64,000 bases of DNA, from positions 297,986-361,985 of the forward strand of contig VXTP01000015.1 in NCBI GenBank assembly GCA_009837395.1. The letters are read 5' to 3'. Positions 8,494 through 17,271 of this stretch are shown here, piece after piece. The stretch's first letter is position 1; each line of letters starts with the position of its first letter. The position numbers were made by a program, and so were the translations under genes. This stretch comes from Gemmatimonadota bacterium (lineage in GTDB: Bacteria > JAAXHH01). The notes beneath the pieces are model-generated. The model was not told where the DNA came from. It did no database searches and worked only from the letters and a program-made list of their open reading frames with translations.

Positions 8494-10953
8494 TCACACC
8501 AGCCCCACGGGATCCACATCGACTTTCAGATGAACGCGCCGGCTGTCGGCGGCGCGCTCCCACTGCAGACGGGATTGCCGCACGGCGTCGCGTAGCCGCC
8601 CGGAATGGCAGCTTCGCGCGATGATCTGCCAGCGGTACTGGTTGCGCACCCGGGCGATCACCGGGGGCGCGGGCCCCAGGATATTAAGTCCCCCCGGTTG
8701 TTTCCGCATGAGCTCGGCGAACCGGCGCGCCTCCCGCATCACGTATTCGTCCCGTTCCCCCTGAAACAGGATCCCGACCATGCGTCCGAAGGGCGGATAA
8801 CCCAGTGCCTTGCGGTCGGTGATTTCCCGGGCGTAAAAGGACTCGTAGTCGTGGGCCTGCGCGCTGGCGACGCTGTGATGGCCCTGCGAATAGGTCTGGA
8901 CGATCACCTCGCCGCCCAGCTTTCCCCGCCCGGTCCGGCCGGCCACCTGCGTCAGCAACTGAAAGGTCCGCTCGCTGGCCCTGAAATCCGGGAGATTGAG
9001 CGACGTGTCGGCCGAGATGACGCCCACGAGCGTCACGTTCGGGAAGTCGAACCCCTTGGCCACCATCTGCGTACCGAGCAGGATGTCCGCTTCGCGGTTC
9101 AGCACGCGGTGGAAGATGTCCTGGTGGGATCCCTTCCGCGACGTGGTATCCATGTCCATGCGGACGATCCGGGCGTCCGGGAACCGCTCCTTCAGTTCCT
9201 CCTCGACGCGCTGGGTGCCGACGCCCCGGTATCCGATCGATTGGGAACGGCACTTGGGGCAGACCTCCGGCGCCTGGTCCCTGTGATCGCAGTAGTGGCA
9301 GCGCATGAACAGGCTGTCGGCGTGGTAGGTCATCGTTACGCTGCAGTGGGGACAGGACACGGAGAGCCCGCAGTCGTAGCACTGGACGAAGGGCGAGAAT
9401 CCCCGCCGGTTCAAGAAGAGGATGATCTGCTCCTGCCGGGCGAGCCGGTCCTTGATCCGGTCGGCCAGGGGAGCGGAGAAAATCGAAAAACGGCCCAGCC
9501 GGCGCTCTTCCCGCATGTCCACGATCCGCACGCCCGGCAGGGGGCGCCGGTCCACCCGCTCGGTCAGGCGGCTGCATTCGAATTTGCCGGTCTGCGTATT
9601 GGTGTAGGTCTCCAGGGAAGGCGTTGCGCTGCCCATGACCGTGACGGCGTTCACCGTGCGCGCCCGGACGACCGCCACGTCCCGCGCATGATAGAGCGGG
9701 GGGTCGTCGAACTGCTTGTAGGACGGTTCGTGTTCCTCGTCGATGACGATCAGGCCGAGGTCGGACAGCGGTGCGAACACGGCGGACCGGGCGCCCACGA
9801 CGATGCGGTAGTCCCCGGCGCGGGTCCGCCGCCAGGAGTCGTACCGCTCCCCCGGGGACAGGCCGCTGTGCAAAACGGTTACGAGATCGCCGAAATGGGC
9901 GCGGAACTGCCGCACGGCCTGCGGGGTCAGGGCGAGTTCCGGCACGAGCACGATGGCCGACCGGCCGGCTGCCAGGGTCTTCTCTATGGATTTTACGTAG
10001 ACGTGCGTCTTCCCGCTGCCGGTGACACCGTAGAGCAGCAGGGACTTGAACGCGCCCTGGCCGATGGCGCCATGAATCGTCCGCAGCGCTTCGGCCTGCT
10101 CCGCCGTGGGATCGACCTTTACCGGTTCGGGCAGTTCGGCGTCACGGTAGGGGTCGCGTACCGTCTCCACCTCCCGGAGCGACACCAGGCCCTTCTTCTC
10201 CATTCTCCGCACCACGTCCCGTTCGATCCGCCCCAGGTGACGGAGCTGCTCCGTGGTCAGGCGGCCACCGTGCCGCGCCAGGAGGTTGATGCAACTGGCC
10301 TGCCGGGGCGCGCGGGGGATCAGCCTGGTCACGATCCGGTCCGCCTCCTCCATCGGCGGGACCAGTTCGACCCAGGTCTCGTACCGGATGCCCGGACCGG
10401 TGCTGGTATCTCCGATCGAAATCGTTACCAGGCCCTTCGCCTCGAGGCCGCGAAGGGCGGCGAAGGGCTGCCGGATGCGGGTCCGGCGCCGGAGGATCGA
10501 CAGGGTGACGGCGCCCTGTTCCGGTACCTGGGCGAGCAGTTCGGCCTGCCGGGGCGCGGCGCGACGAAGCCGGTCCATGCACTCGGGGGGGCACGGTTCG
10601 TCCCGGCTGACGATCTGTTCGCTTTCCGACAACATGCCCGCGGGCAGGGCGGCCTTGATCGCTTCGCCCCACGGGCAGAGATAGTACCGGCCGATCCACC
10701 GCGTGAGTTCGAGCAGCGAGGCGTCCAGGACCGCATCGCTGTCGAGGACGTCCGACAGCGGCCTGTACCGCGGCACGGGACAGGTGTCCGAAAGCGCCGT
10801 GATGACGCCGGTCATCCTGCGGTTCGTGAAGGCGACGGATACCCGGCGTCCCGGCAGGGCCGTGTCGAGGAGATTTTCAGGAATGCTGTAGGAGAATACC
10901 TGGTCGACCGGTAGAGGGAGGGCTATTTCGGCAAACCGGACGGAAGCCGCCAT
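8494..10953 (-). CDS. priA: primosomal protein N-prime (replication restart helicase)
   Basis: Has Walker A GVTGSGKT, a DEEH box and the Cys-rich zinc insert (CYDCG..CPHC..CHYC..CPKC). The track start at 10974 is a TTG, so I prefer the ATG at 10953 (MAASVRFAEIALPLP). Confidence 0.95.
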   Translation of the reverse strand: MAASVRFAEIALPLPVDQVFSYSIPENLLDTALPGRRVSVAFTNRRMTGVITALSDTCPVPRYRPLSDVLDSDAVLDASLLELTRWIGRYYLCPWGEAIKAALPAGMLSESEQIVSRDEPCPPECMDRLRRAAPRQAELLAQVPEQGAVTLSILRRRTRIRQPFAALRGLEAKGLVTISIGDTSTGPGIRYETWVELVPPMEEADRIVTRLIPRAPRQASCINLLARHGGRLTTEQLRHLGRIERDVVRRMEKKGLVSLREVETVRDPYRDAELPEPVKVDPTAEQAEALRTIHGAIGQGAFKSLLLYGVTGSGKTHVYVKSIEKTLAAGRSAIVLVPELALTPQAVRQFRAHFGDLVTVLHSGLSPGERYDSWRRTRAGDYRIVVGARSAVFAPLSDLGLIVIDEEHEPSYKQFDDPPLYHARDVAVVRARTVNAVTVMGSATPSLETYTNTQTGKFECSRLTERVDRRPLPGVRIVDMREERRLGRFSIFSAPLADRIKDRLARQEQIILFLNRRGFSPFVQCYDCGLSVSCPHCSVTMTYHADSLFMRCHYCDHRDQAPEVCPKCRSQSIGYRGVGTQRVEEELKERFPDARIVRMDMDTTSRKGSHQDIFHRVLNREADILLGTQMVAKGFDFPNVTLVGVISADTSLNLPDFRASERTFQLLTQVAGRTGRGKLGGEVIVQTYSQGHHSVASAQAHDYESFYAREITDRKALGYPPFGRMVGILFQGERDEYVMREARRFAELMRKQPGGLNILGPAPPVIARVRNQYRWQIIARSCHSGRLRDAVRQSRLQWERAADSRRVHLKVDVDPVGLV

Positions 10954-10970
10954 AGGCTGTGACCGCCGTT

Positions 10971-12377
10971 TCAATAAACCCGGTAGAGCTGATACCTGCC
11001 ATAGCCGTCGAAATCGACGAAGACGAAACTACGGCTTATGTTGTTGTAGTGCCATACCTGGTACGGATGGGAGAAAGATCGGTCCCAAGTATGCCGCTCG
11101 ATCTCGTCCGGCGGTCCGTAGACGATATAGACCCGGCCCTGGTCGCTGCGCCAGCCCTTACGGAGTCCGTCGTCGAAGTTTTCGTTCGCGTACGCGATCC
11201 GCCTGTAATAGGTGATCATGTGCTCGTTCCGGTCCGTTTCGGGCGTGGGGTCCCGGCGTTTCCAGAACGCCTCCAGGGCGACTTTTTGTTCTCCCGCAGG
11301 CGCGTCCCTGTATTTCTTCAACGTATCCAGCTCGTCGTTCTTGGCGATATACCTCAACTGCTCGGTGATCTCCCTGAAGTTCCTGGCCGTCGTCAGGGGC
11401 AGCAGGAACTGCCAGGTGATATGGAATTCCGATTCGGCTTTCGCCCGGTTACGCACGGCGCGGTCATCGACTTCGATCTCGAGGGAGTACACCCCCTGGG
11501 GCAAACCGCTGGTATCGAACCGGCCGCTGTACGCGCCGATATGGCCCTGACGATCCAGGGGTTCCTCCCGTTCCAGCATCACCTTGCCCGACGGCGACTT
11601 GATCTTGTATACCGCCGACAGCGGCAGTTTCGCCTCCCCGGCCGCGTCCGAATACACCTCGTAGTAGATGTACATGTCGGTATGGTCTTCGCCGAAAGCC
11701 CGGGTCAGGTTGGGAACGATCCGGATGCCCCTGCGTTCCAGGCCGACGTTGGACGACCCTTCCAGGACCAACCCGGCGAACTGGATGTCGCTAACGCTCA
11801 GCCGGTCCTTGTAGTAATCTGGGACCTCGAAGGGCCTGGCCATGTCATGCTGGCTGCCGGTATCCTGGTCGTAGAGCTTGATCTCGAGATCGTACTTGCC
11901 GGGGGGAAGGTAGGTGGTGTACAGTTTGGCGCGGGAATGGTCCATCACCCGCATCTCGACTTCCGAGTCCACCAGGACAGAATCCCGGATGGTCTCGGCG
12001 GTAACCTGGTAATCGTCATCGTCGATCACGATCAGCGAGAGTTCGAAACGGGCAGCATAACGGTCCCCGGACCGGACGAAACTGAACAGTTCGTTGGAAA
12101 GGCGGTAGTAGCAGTCGACACGCGTGCTGTCCACCGTATCGCCGCGCGAGGTGACGATGTCCACCACGGCTAGACTCGGATTGATCCTGCCCGATTGATC
12201 GGGAACGCGGTCCGCCGGAGCGGGAGCGTCCGGTGTCGCCACCGCCGCCGGAGCCGCCGGAGCAGCCGGAGCCGCCGGAGCAGCGAGCACGGTTATGGCC
12301 GGCACCGCGAGCAGCATCGCTACGGCCGGCATCGCAAGCCCTGAAAACACCTTGATCCACCTTCCAGCGTCGAACAT
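10971..12377 (-). CDS. GWxTD domain-containing secreted protein
   Basis: The C-terminus reads FWKRRDPTPETD...GWRSDQGRVYIVYGPPDEIE...PYQVWHY, which is the GWxTD domain signature. I set the start to the ATG at 12377, which precedes a signal-peptide-like segment and an (AAP)n linker. Confidence 0.85.
   Translation of the reverse strand: MFDAGRWIKVFSGLAMPAVAMLLAVPAITVLAAPAAPAAPAAPAAVATPDAPAPADRVPDQSGRINPSLAVVDIVTSRGDTVDSTRVDCYYRLSNELFSFVRSGDRYAARFELSLIVIDDDDYQVTAETIRDSVLVDSEVEMRVMDHSRAKLYTTYLPPGKYDLEIKLYDQDTGSQHDMARPFEVPDYYKDRLSVSDIQFAGLVLEGSSNVGLERRGIRIVPNLTRAFGEDHTDMYIYYEVYSDAAGEAKLPLSAVYKIKSPSGKVMLEREEPLDRQGHIGAYSGRFDTSGLPQGVYSLEIEVDDRAVRNRAKAESEFHITWQFLLPLTTARNFREITEQLRYIAKNDELDTLKKYRDAPAGEQKVALEAFWKRRDPTPETDRNEHMITYYRRIAYANENFDDGLRKGWRSDQGRVYIVYGPPDEIERHTWDRSFSHPYQVWHYNNISRSFVFVDFDGYGRYQLYRVY
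12244..12282. repeat. in-frame 9-bp tandem repeat (about 4 units) encoding (AAP)n in the GWxTD protein linker
   Basis: Read directly as gccgccgga/gcagccgga units. The protein reads AAPAAPAAPAAPAA. Confidence 0.9.
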
Positions 12378-12701
12378 CGAAACTCCACTGCGCGTAAAAG
12401 AGGCACGCGGCCTTGCCGGCGCGGACCTCGATCGCAAACGCCCGCCAAAGCGCCTTCCCTGGTGCCTTGATAGAGTTGTGTCGGGGTTTACCTTGCAATA
12501 TATTTGCATTTCGTCGACCGGCAAAAGTATTATTTGCGTTCGCGAGCGTCGCGCATTCGCATCAACGTTCCTTATAGTATTGAATACAAATGCATCGATT
12601 CAGTTCCCCGCATCGGCTTGTCTTTCGGCGACACGGGCGGCGAAACGGTCGTGAAGATTCATTGGGAAACCTGGTCCGCAGCATGAAGAAAGGATGGCGG
12701 T

Positions 12702-13751
12702 GTGCCTAAAACGAAAATCGGTTTCATCGGTGGGGGCGGCATCGCCCGCGAACACATGCAGCACCTGTCCCGTATGGACGACGTGGAATTGGCGGCGGTC
12801 GCCGACATCAGCGGCGCCGCCCTGGATGCCTGCCGGGAATCGTACGGCATCCCCCACTGTTTCGAGGACTACCGGGAAATGCTGGCGATGGATTCGATCG
12901 ACGCGGTCACCGTGGGCACGCCGAACAGCGCCCACTGCGAACCGACCATCGACGCGCTCCGGGCCGGCAAGGACGTCCTGGTGGAGAAGCCCATGGCCAT
13001 CACGGCGGAAGAAGCCGCGGAAATGGTTAAGGCAAGCCGGGACACGGGCCGCATCCTGGTGATCGGGTTTCAGCACCGGTTCGCGCCGGAGGCCCGGATG
13101 CTCAAGCGCTTCATCGACCGGGGAGAGTTCGGGAAGATCCTGTACGGACGATGCCTGGCCCTCCGCCGCCGCGGGATACCGAACTGGGGCGTCTTCGGCC
13201 GCAAAGACCTTCAGGGCGGGGGCGCGTTGATCGATATCGGCGTGCACATGATCGAAGCGGCCCACTATCTCATGGGCTCTCCCCAGCCCGTAAGCGCCTT
13301 TGGGAGCGCCTACACCTACCTGGGAGACCGGCCCAGCGACACGGTTTCCATGTGGCCCGACTGGGACCACGAAACGTACTCGGTCGAGGACCTGGCGGTG
13401 GGGATGATCCGGTTCGACAACGGCGCCACGCTCTCCGTGGAGGCTTCCTTCGCGGCGCATATCGGGAAGGGAGAATGGACGTTCTCGCTGATGGGCGAAA
13501 AGGCCGGCGGCCAGTTCAGTCCGCCACGGGTCTTCAAGGACCAGTCCGGTACCATGATCAACATCAAGCCGGACTATCTACCCGATATGGATGGTTTCCG
13601 TTTCAAAATGGAACATTTCATTAACTGCGTGCGGACCCGGAAACCCTCCGAGGCGCCGGGTGAGCACGGCCTCCTCGTGCAACAGATCCTGAACGGCATC
13701 TACAGGTCCGCCGAAACGGGCCGTGAAGTGCCCATTGAACCCTTGATCTGA
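12702..13751 (+). CDS. Gfo/Idh/MocA-family NAD(P)-dependent oxidoreductase
   Basis: 349 aa with a GTG start and an AAGAAAGGA RBS. Has the N-terminal Rossmann motif KIGFIGGGGIAREH and the EKPMA motif typical of the family. Confidence 0.9.
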   Translation: MPKTKIGFIGGGGIAREHMQHLSRMDDVELAAVADISGAALDACRESYGIPHCFEDYREMLAMDSIDAVTVGTPNSAHCEPTIDALRAGKDVLVEKPMAITAEEAAEMVKASRDTGRILVIGFQHRFAPEARMLKRFIDRGEFGKILYGRCLALRRRGIPNWGVFGRKDLQGGGALIDIGVHMIEAAHYLMGSPQPVSAFGSAYTYLGDRPSDTVSMWPDWDHETYSVEDLAVGMIRFDNGATLSVEASFAAHIGKGEWTFSLMGEKAGGQFSPPRVFKDQSGTMINIKPDYLPDMDGFRFKMEHFINCVRTRKPSEAPGEHGLLVQQILNGIYRSAETGREVPIEPLI

Positions 13752-13846
13752 GCCGCTGGAGATGCCGGGCGTGCTGGATTAAAAGGCGGACCGGGCGCGC
13801 CGGCGCGCCACTTTAGCCTTGTCACGATATTCCGGGAGGGGTTGCG

Positions 13847-14668
13847 TTGTTCACCGACGATCAGTGGTCCTGCTGGGACGAAAACGGTTATGTGATCATT
13901 CCCGATGCCGTACCCGCCGCTCACCGGGAAGCCACGATTTCGGCCATCGCCGCGTTTCTGGACCTGGATCCCCGCGATCCGGAGACCTGGTACGCCGATC
14001 CGCCCCGCCGCCTCGGTTTCGTCGAAATGTACCATCACCAGGCGATGTGGGACAACCGGCAGCATGAGCGGGTGTACGAGGCGTTCAAGACCCTGTGGAA
14101 CGAGGAGAAGCTGTGGGTGAGCATCGACCGGGCCAACATGACGCCGCCGGAACGGGAAGACTGGCCGCACGGGTTCAAGGAGTCACTGATTCACTGGGAT
14201 ATGGACACGTCGGTCCATTCGGAGACGTTCAAGGTCCAGGGCGTGCTGTACCTCACCGATACGGACGTCAACCAGGGCGGTTTCCAGTGCGTACCGGGGT
14301 TCCACAGGCGGTTTTTCGAATGGGTGAAGACCCAGCCTTCCGACCGCGATCCCATGCGGCCGGACATGACTGGACTGGAACCGGTCGCCATCCCCGGCAA
14401 GGCCGGCGACCTGCTCATCTGGCACAGCCTGCTGCCCCACGGGAACAGCCGCAACACCTCCGACCGGCCCCGCTGGTGCCAGTACATTTCCGCGAGCCCG
14501 AGCGCGGAGGAGGACGAGAACCTCCGGCAATACCGCATCTCGCTCTGGAAGAACCGCATGAACCCGGACGCCTTCCCGGGCGATCCGCGCGGCGTCGAGC
14601 GCAGGAGCGGTCCCGCGCGTCTCACCGCGCTGGGACGCCGGCTGCTGGGCCTGGACCGTTGGGCGTAA
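13847..14668 (+). CDS. phytanoyl-CoA dioxygenase (PhyH)-family Fe(II)/2-oxoglutarate oxygenase
   Basis: 273 aa with a TTG start after GGGAGGGG. Has the N-terminal WDENGYVIIPDAV, the facial-triad candidates HWDMD and a distal H (LIWHSLLPHGNS). Confidence 0.75.
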   Translation: MFTDDQWSCWDENGYVIIPDAVPAAHREATISAIAAFLDLDPRDPETWYADPPRRLGFVEMYHHQAMWDNRQHERVYEAFKTLWNEEKLWVSIDRANMTPPEREDWPHGFKESLIHWDMDTSVHSETFKVQGVLYLTDTDVNQGGFQCVPGFHRRFFEWVKTQPSDRDPMRPDMTGLEPVAIPGKAGDLLIWHSLLPHGNSRNTSDRPRWCQYISASPSAEEDENLRQYRISLWKNRMNPDAFPGDPRGVERRSGPARLTALGRRLLGLDRWA

Positions 14669-14687
14669 AGCGCCCGAGCGCCGGGAC

Positions 14688-15710
14688 CTAATCCTTGTTC
14701 CCGCCGCAGGACTCCCGGACGATGAGGCGGGAGCGGAGCGTGACCTGCTCGGTCGTGTCCTCTCCGCCGATCTTGCGCAGCAGCAGATCCATCGCCGTCC
14801 CGGCTATTTCCTGGTAGGGGACGGCCATCGTGGTCAGCGCGGGCGACAGGTAGGCCGAAACGTCTATGTCTCCGAAACCCACCACGGCCACGTCTTCCGG
14901 TATTCGAAGCCCCCCGTCGCGCAGGCCGCGGCATACCCCGATCGCCGTGTAGTCGTCCCTGCAGAGCAAGGCAGTGAACCGGTCCCGCAGGTTCAGTCCC
15001 TGGATATAGCCGCCTTCACCGCGACTGCCCAGGGGAGGGATGATCTCATGGGCCAGGTCGTTGTCCCCCATCGCCCTGCTGTACCCTCTTCCCTTGGATG
15101 AAACCGGGCTTTCGAGGTCCAGGTTCCGGCCGATATACCCGATCCTCCGGTGGCCCAGTTCGATCAGGTGGTTCGTCGCGTGATAGAAGTCGGCCTCGAG
15201 ATCCAGCACGACACCGCTGATATGCTCCGTGGGATAGTGGTACGTCACCACGGGTATGTGGTTCCGCACCATGTCCCGTATCCGGTCCGATTCCCCCCGG
15301 TCGCCCCGCGTGTTGATCAGGAGCCCGTCCACGCCCCTTGAGATCAACTGCCGGATCTGCATGCCCTGGTCGTCCTGCGAAGACCGGGAAGTCCGGTTCA
15401 CGGCCATGCCCATCAGCAACTGATAGTGCTCCCGCTCGGCCGCCCTGAGAATCTGTTCCGTCTGGTTTCCGTAGGTTTCAAGGGAGATCTGGTAGGTGAG
15501 CAGGCCCAGCGTGCCCGTCTTGCCCGTTACGAATCCCTGCGCCATCAGGTTGGGTGTATACTGCATCTCGTCGGCGGTCTGCTTCACGAGCATCCGGGTC
15601 TTCTCGCTGACGAGATAGGCCGCGCTGCGGGACAGGGCCCGCGAAACCGTGGAGTGGGAGATCCCCAGTCTCTGCGCAATGTCCTTGATGGTGACCTGCT
15701 TGACTCTCAT
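14688..15710 (-). CDS. LacI-family transcriptional regulator (paralog 1)
   Basis: Has the HTH VTIKDIAQRLGISHSTVSRAL and a periplasmic-binding-protein-like core. The start is trimmed to the ATG at 15710. Confidence 0.9.
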   Translation of the reverse strand: MRVKQVTIKDIAQRLGISHSTVSRALSRSAAYLVSEKTRMLVKQTADEMQYTPNLMAQGFVTGKTGTLGLLTYQISLETYGNQTEQILRAAEREHYQLLMGMAVNRTSRSSQDDQGMQIRQLISRGVDGLLINTRGDRGESDRIRDMVRNHIPVVTYHYPTEHISGVVLDLEADFYHATNHLIELGHRRIGYIGRNLDLESPVSSKGRGYSRAMGDNDLAHEIIPPLGSRGEGGYIQGLNLRDRFTALLCRDDYTAIGVCRGLRDGGLRIPEDVAVVGFGDIDVSAYLSPALTTMAVPYQEIAGTAMDLLLRKIGGEDTTEQVTLRSRLIVRESCGGNKD

Positions 15711-15861
15711 GGACCGATCCGATCTAACCGAGGGCCGATCTGGCTTGGACTGCAATCCCACGACGGAACGGGCTGGCCGAAATGGGCAGGCCGGAACGGA
15801 CCGTGACCGCGCAGGAAACCAGAACGGCCGAGTTAGGACGTGAACGCACGGGTTGGGATGA

Positions 15862-15876
15862 CGAAACGCGTTTTCG
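15862..15876. promoter_or_regulatory. near-palindrome CGAAACGCGTTTTCG, a candidate LacI-type operator
   Basis: A CG-centred inverted repeat with a one-base asymmetry. It lies about 150 bp upstream of the LacI paralog 1 start. Confidence 0.25.
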
Positions 15877-16070
15877 AATCAGTACGACAGTAGAGAATGA
15901 CACCACCCATAAAGATAGAATGGGGCGGTTCCGTGTCAAGGATGTTGAGACCGCGGCCGGAAGGACGGGCGACTGCGGTAGGAGGGCCTGCGGCGGAAGG
16001 GCGGGCAGTGCCGGAATCCCGGGCAGCGGCGAATGGACGGGCGGCGGCGAAACCCCGGATCCCGCGCGGG

Positions 16071-17114
16071 TCACCACGGCATCGCGGTGGGGTCCACGGC
16101 GGCGGATCCACAGGATTCCCTTACGATCAGATTGGATGCCAGCACGATCTGGCACGCCACCTCCCGACCTTCGAGAATCTTCACCATCAGTTCCATCGCC
16201 GCACGGGCGATACCCCTGGTGGGCGTCGACTGCGTCGTAAGCGCGGGCGTCACGAATGCCGATATGTCCGAATCGCCGTTGCCCACGATGGCCACGTCGT
16301 CGGGCACGCGGATCCCCGATTCGCCCAGGCCGCGGTATACGCCGATGGCCGTGTAGTCGCTGCAACACAGGAGGGCGGAGAACCGGTCCCTTACCTCCCT
16401 GGACAGCCGATAACCGGATTCCGTCTGCTGGCGGCCGACGGGCAGGCAAACGGGGTGAAGACCGTGTTCGGTCATGGCTTTGAAATACCCCCGGCCCCGG
16501 GCGGCGTCATGACCGGGGCCTTCCCAGTTTTCGCCGAGGAACCCTATGCGCCGGTGACCCAGCGCGATCAGGTGTTCCGTCGCCCGGTGGAACCCCGCCG
16601 CGTAGTCCAGCACCACGCCGGGGAAACCCCGGGCGGGATAGTGAAAAGTCACCACGGGCACCCGGTCGTCGACCGCGGCCAGGATACGCTCCGACTCTCC
16701 CGCGTCGCCCATGGTCTGGACCAGGAGACCGTCAATGCCGCTTGATATGAACTGCTCCATCTGCGCGGCCTGACCGGTCTCCGGGGACGAGGTTCCCCAT
16801 TCGGCGGACATGCCCACCAGGAGCCGGTAGTTCCGTTCATCCGCGGCCCTCAGGAAGTTTTCGATCTGCGTGCCGGCCTGCTCCTGGTAGCTTTCGCCGG
16901 CCAGCAGGCCCAGCGTGCCCGTCCTTCCCGTGGCAAATCCCTTGGCCATCAGGTTGGGCCGGTAGGAAAACTCCTCGGCAACCTGTTCCACTTGCCGGCG
17001 GGTTTCCACGCTCACCATGTGCGACTTGTTCCGGGACAGGGCGCGAGAGACCGTGGTGTGGGAGACGCCCAGCGTCTTCGCGATGTCTTTGATCGTCACC
17101 CGCTTCTTTCTCAT
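16071..17114 (-). CDS. LacI-family transcriptional regulator (paralog 2)
   Basis: Has the HTH VTIKDIAKTLGVSHTTVSRAL. It shares the PNLMA.GF and LIVRESCG motifs with the two neighbouring paralogs. The start is trimmed to the ATG at 17114. Confidence 0.9.
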   Translation of the reverse strand: MRKKRVTIKDIAKTLGVSHTTVSRALSRNKSHMVSVETRRQVEQVAEEFSYRPNLMAKGFATGRTGTLGLLAGESYQEQAGTQIENFLRAADERNYRLLVGMSAEWGTSSPETGQAAQMEQFISSGIDGLLVQTMGDAGESERILAAVDDRVPVVTFHYPARGFPGVVLDYAAGFHRATEHLIALGHRRIGFLGENWEGPGHDAARGRGYFKAMTEHGLHPVCLPVGRQQTESGYRLSREVRDRFSALLCCSDYTAIGVYRGLGESGIRVPDDVAIVGNGDSDISAFVTPALTTQSTPTRGIARAAMELMVKILEGREVACQIVLASNLIVRESCGSAAVDPTAMPW

Positions 17115-17271
17115 CGGCCCTTCCGCACCGGTTTCCCGGACGCGTTTCGGGCAGCCGGTTATCCGCCTGAAGTCCGGGAACGGCGCCCGTTTTGCTGATT
17201 TGAGCAGCGTATTACACACGTTTGCAAAACCGAATTTGGCCAAGCCCGTTGCATGTGTCAAACGGTTTTTT

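Noticed and set aside
7562-8563. N-terminal extensions of several track ORFs: 7562-8563, 10971-12524, 14688-15761, 16071-17261, 22627-23355, 27913-28467, 29126-29887, 38522-39808, 43127-44299, 43576-45216, 45165-46649 and 48124-49014.
   Set aside because: The extensions are Arg/Pro/Gly-rich and overlap neighbouring genes or leaders. They also precede an internal ATG that has a signal peptide, an RBS or the conserved family N-terminus. I trimmed the starts accordingly.
12490-12545. TGCAA-TATAT-TTGCA and repeated TATTTGC(A/G)TT(T)CG motifs as LacI operators upstream of the Gfo/Idh/MocA gene.
   Set aside because: The arms are only 5 bp long and AT-rich, and there is no central CG. The motif is weakly similar to TTTGCAAA at 17221-17228, but it cannot be told apart from chance or from another short duplication.
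15860-15885. A tRNA-like T-arm, suggested by the string TTTTCGAATCAG.
   Set aside because: There is no GGTTCGAATCC core, acceptor stem or anticodon arm around it. The segment is better read as part of a CG-centred palindrome.
15950-16070. G-rich tract (several GGG runs) as a possible G-quadruplex.
   Set aside because: The loops between GGG runs are 12-14 nt, beyond the canonical limit of 7. The G-richness is ordinary for this genome.
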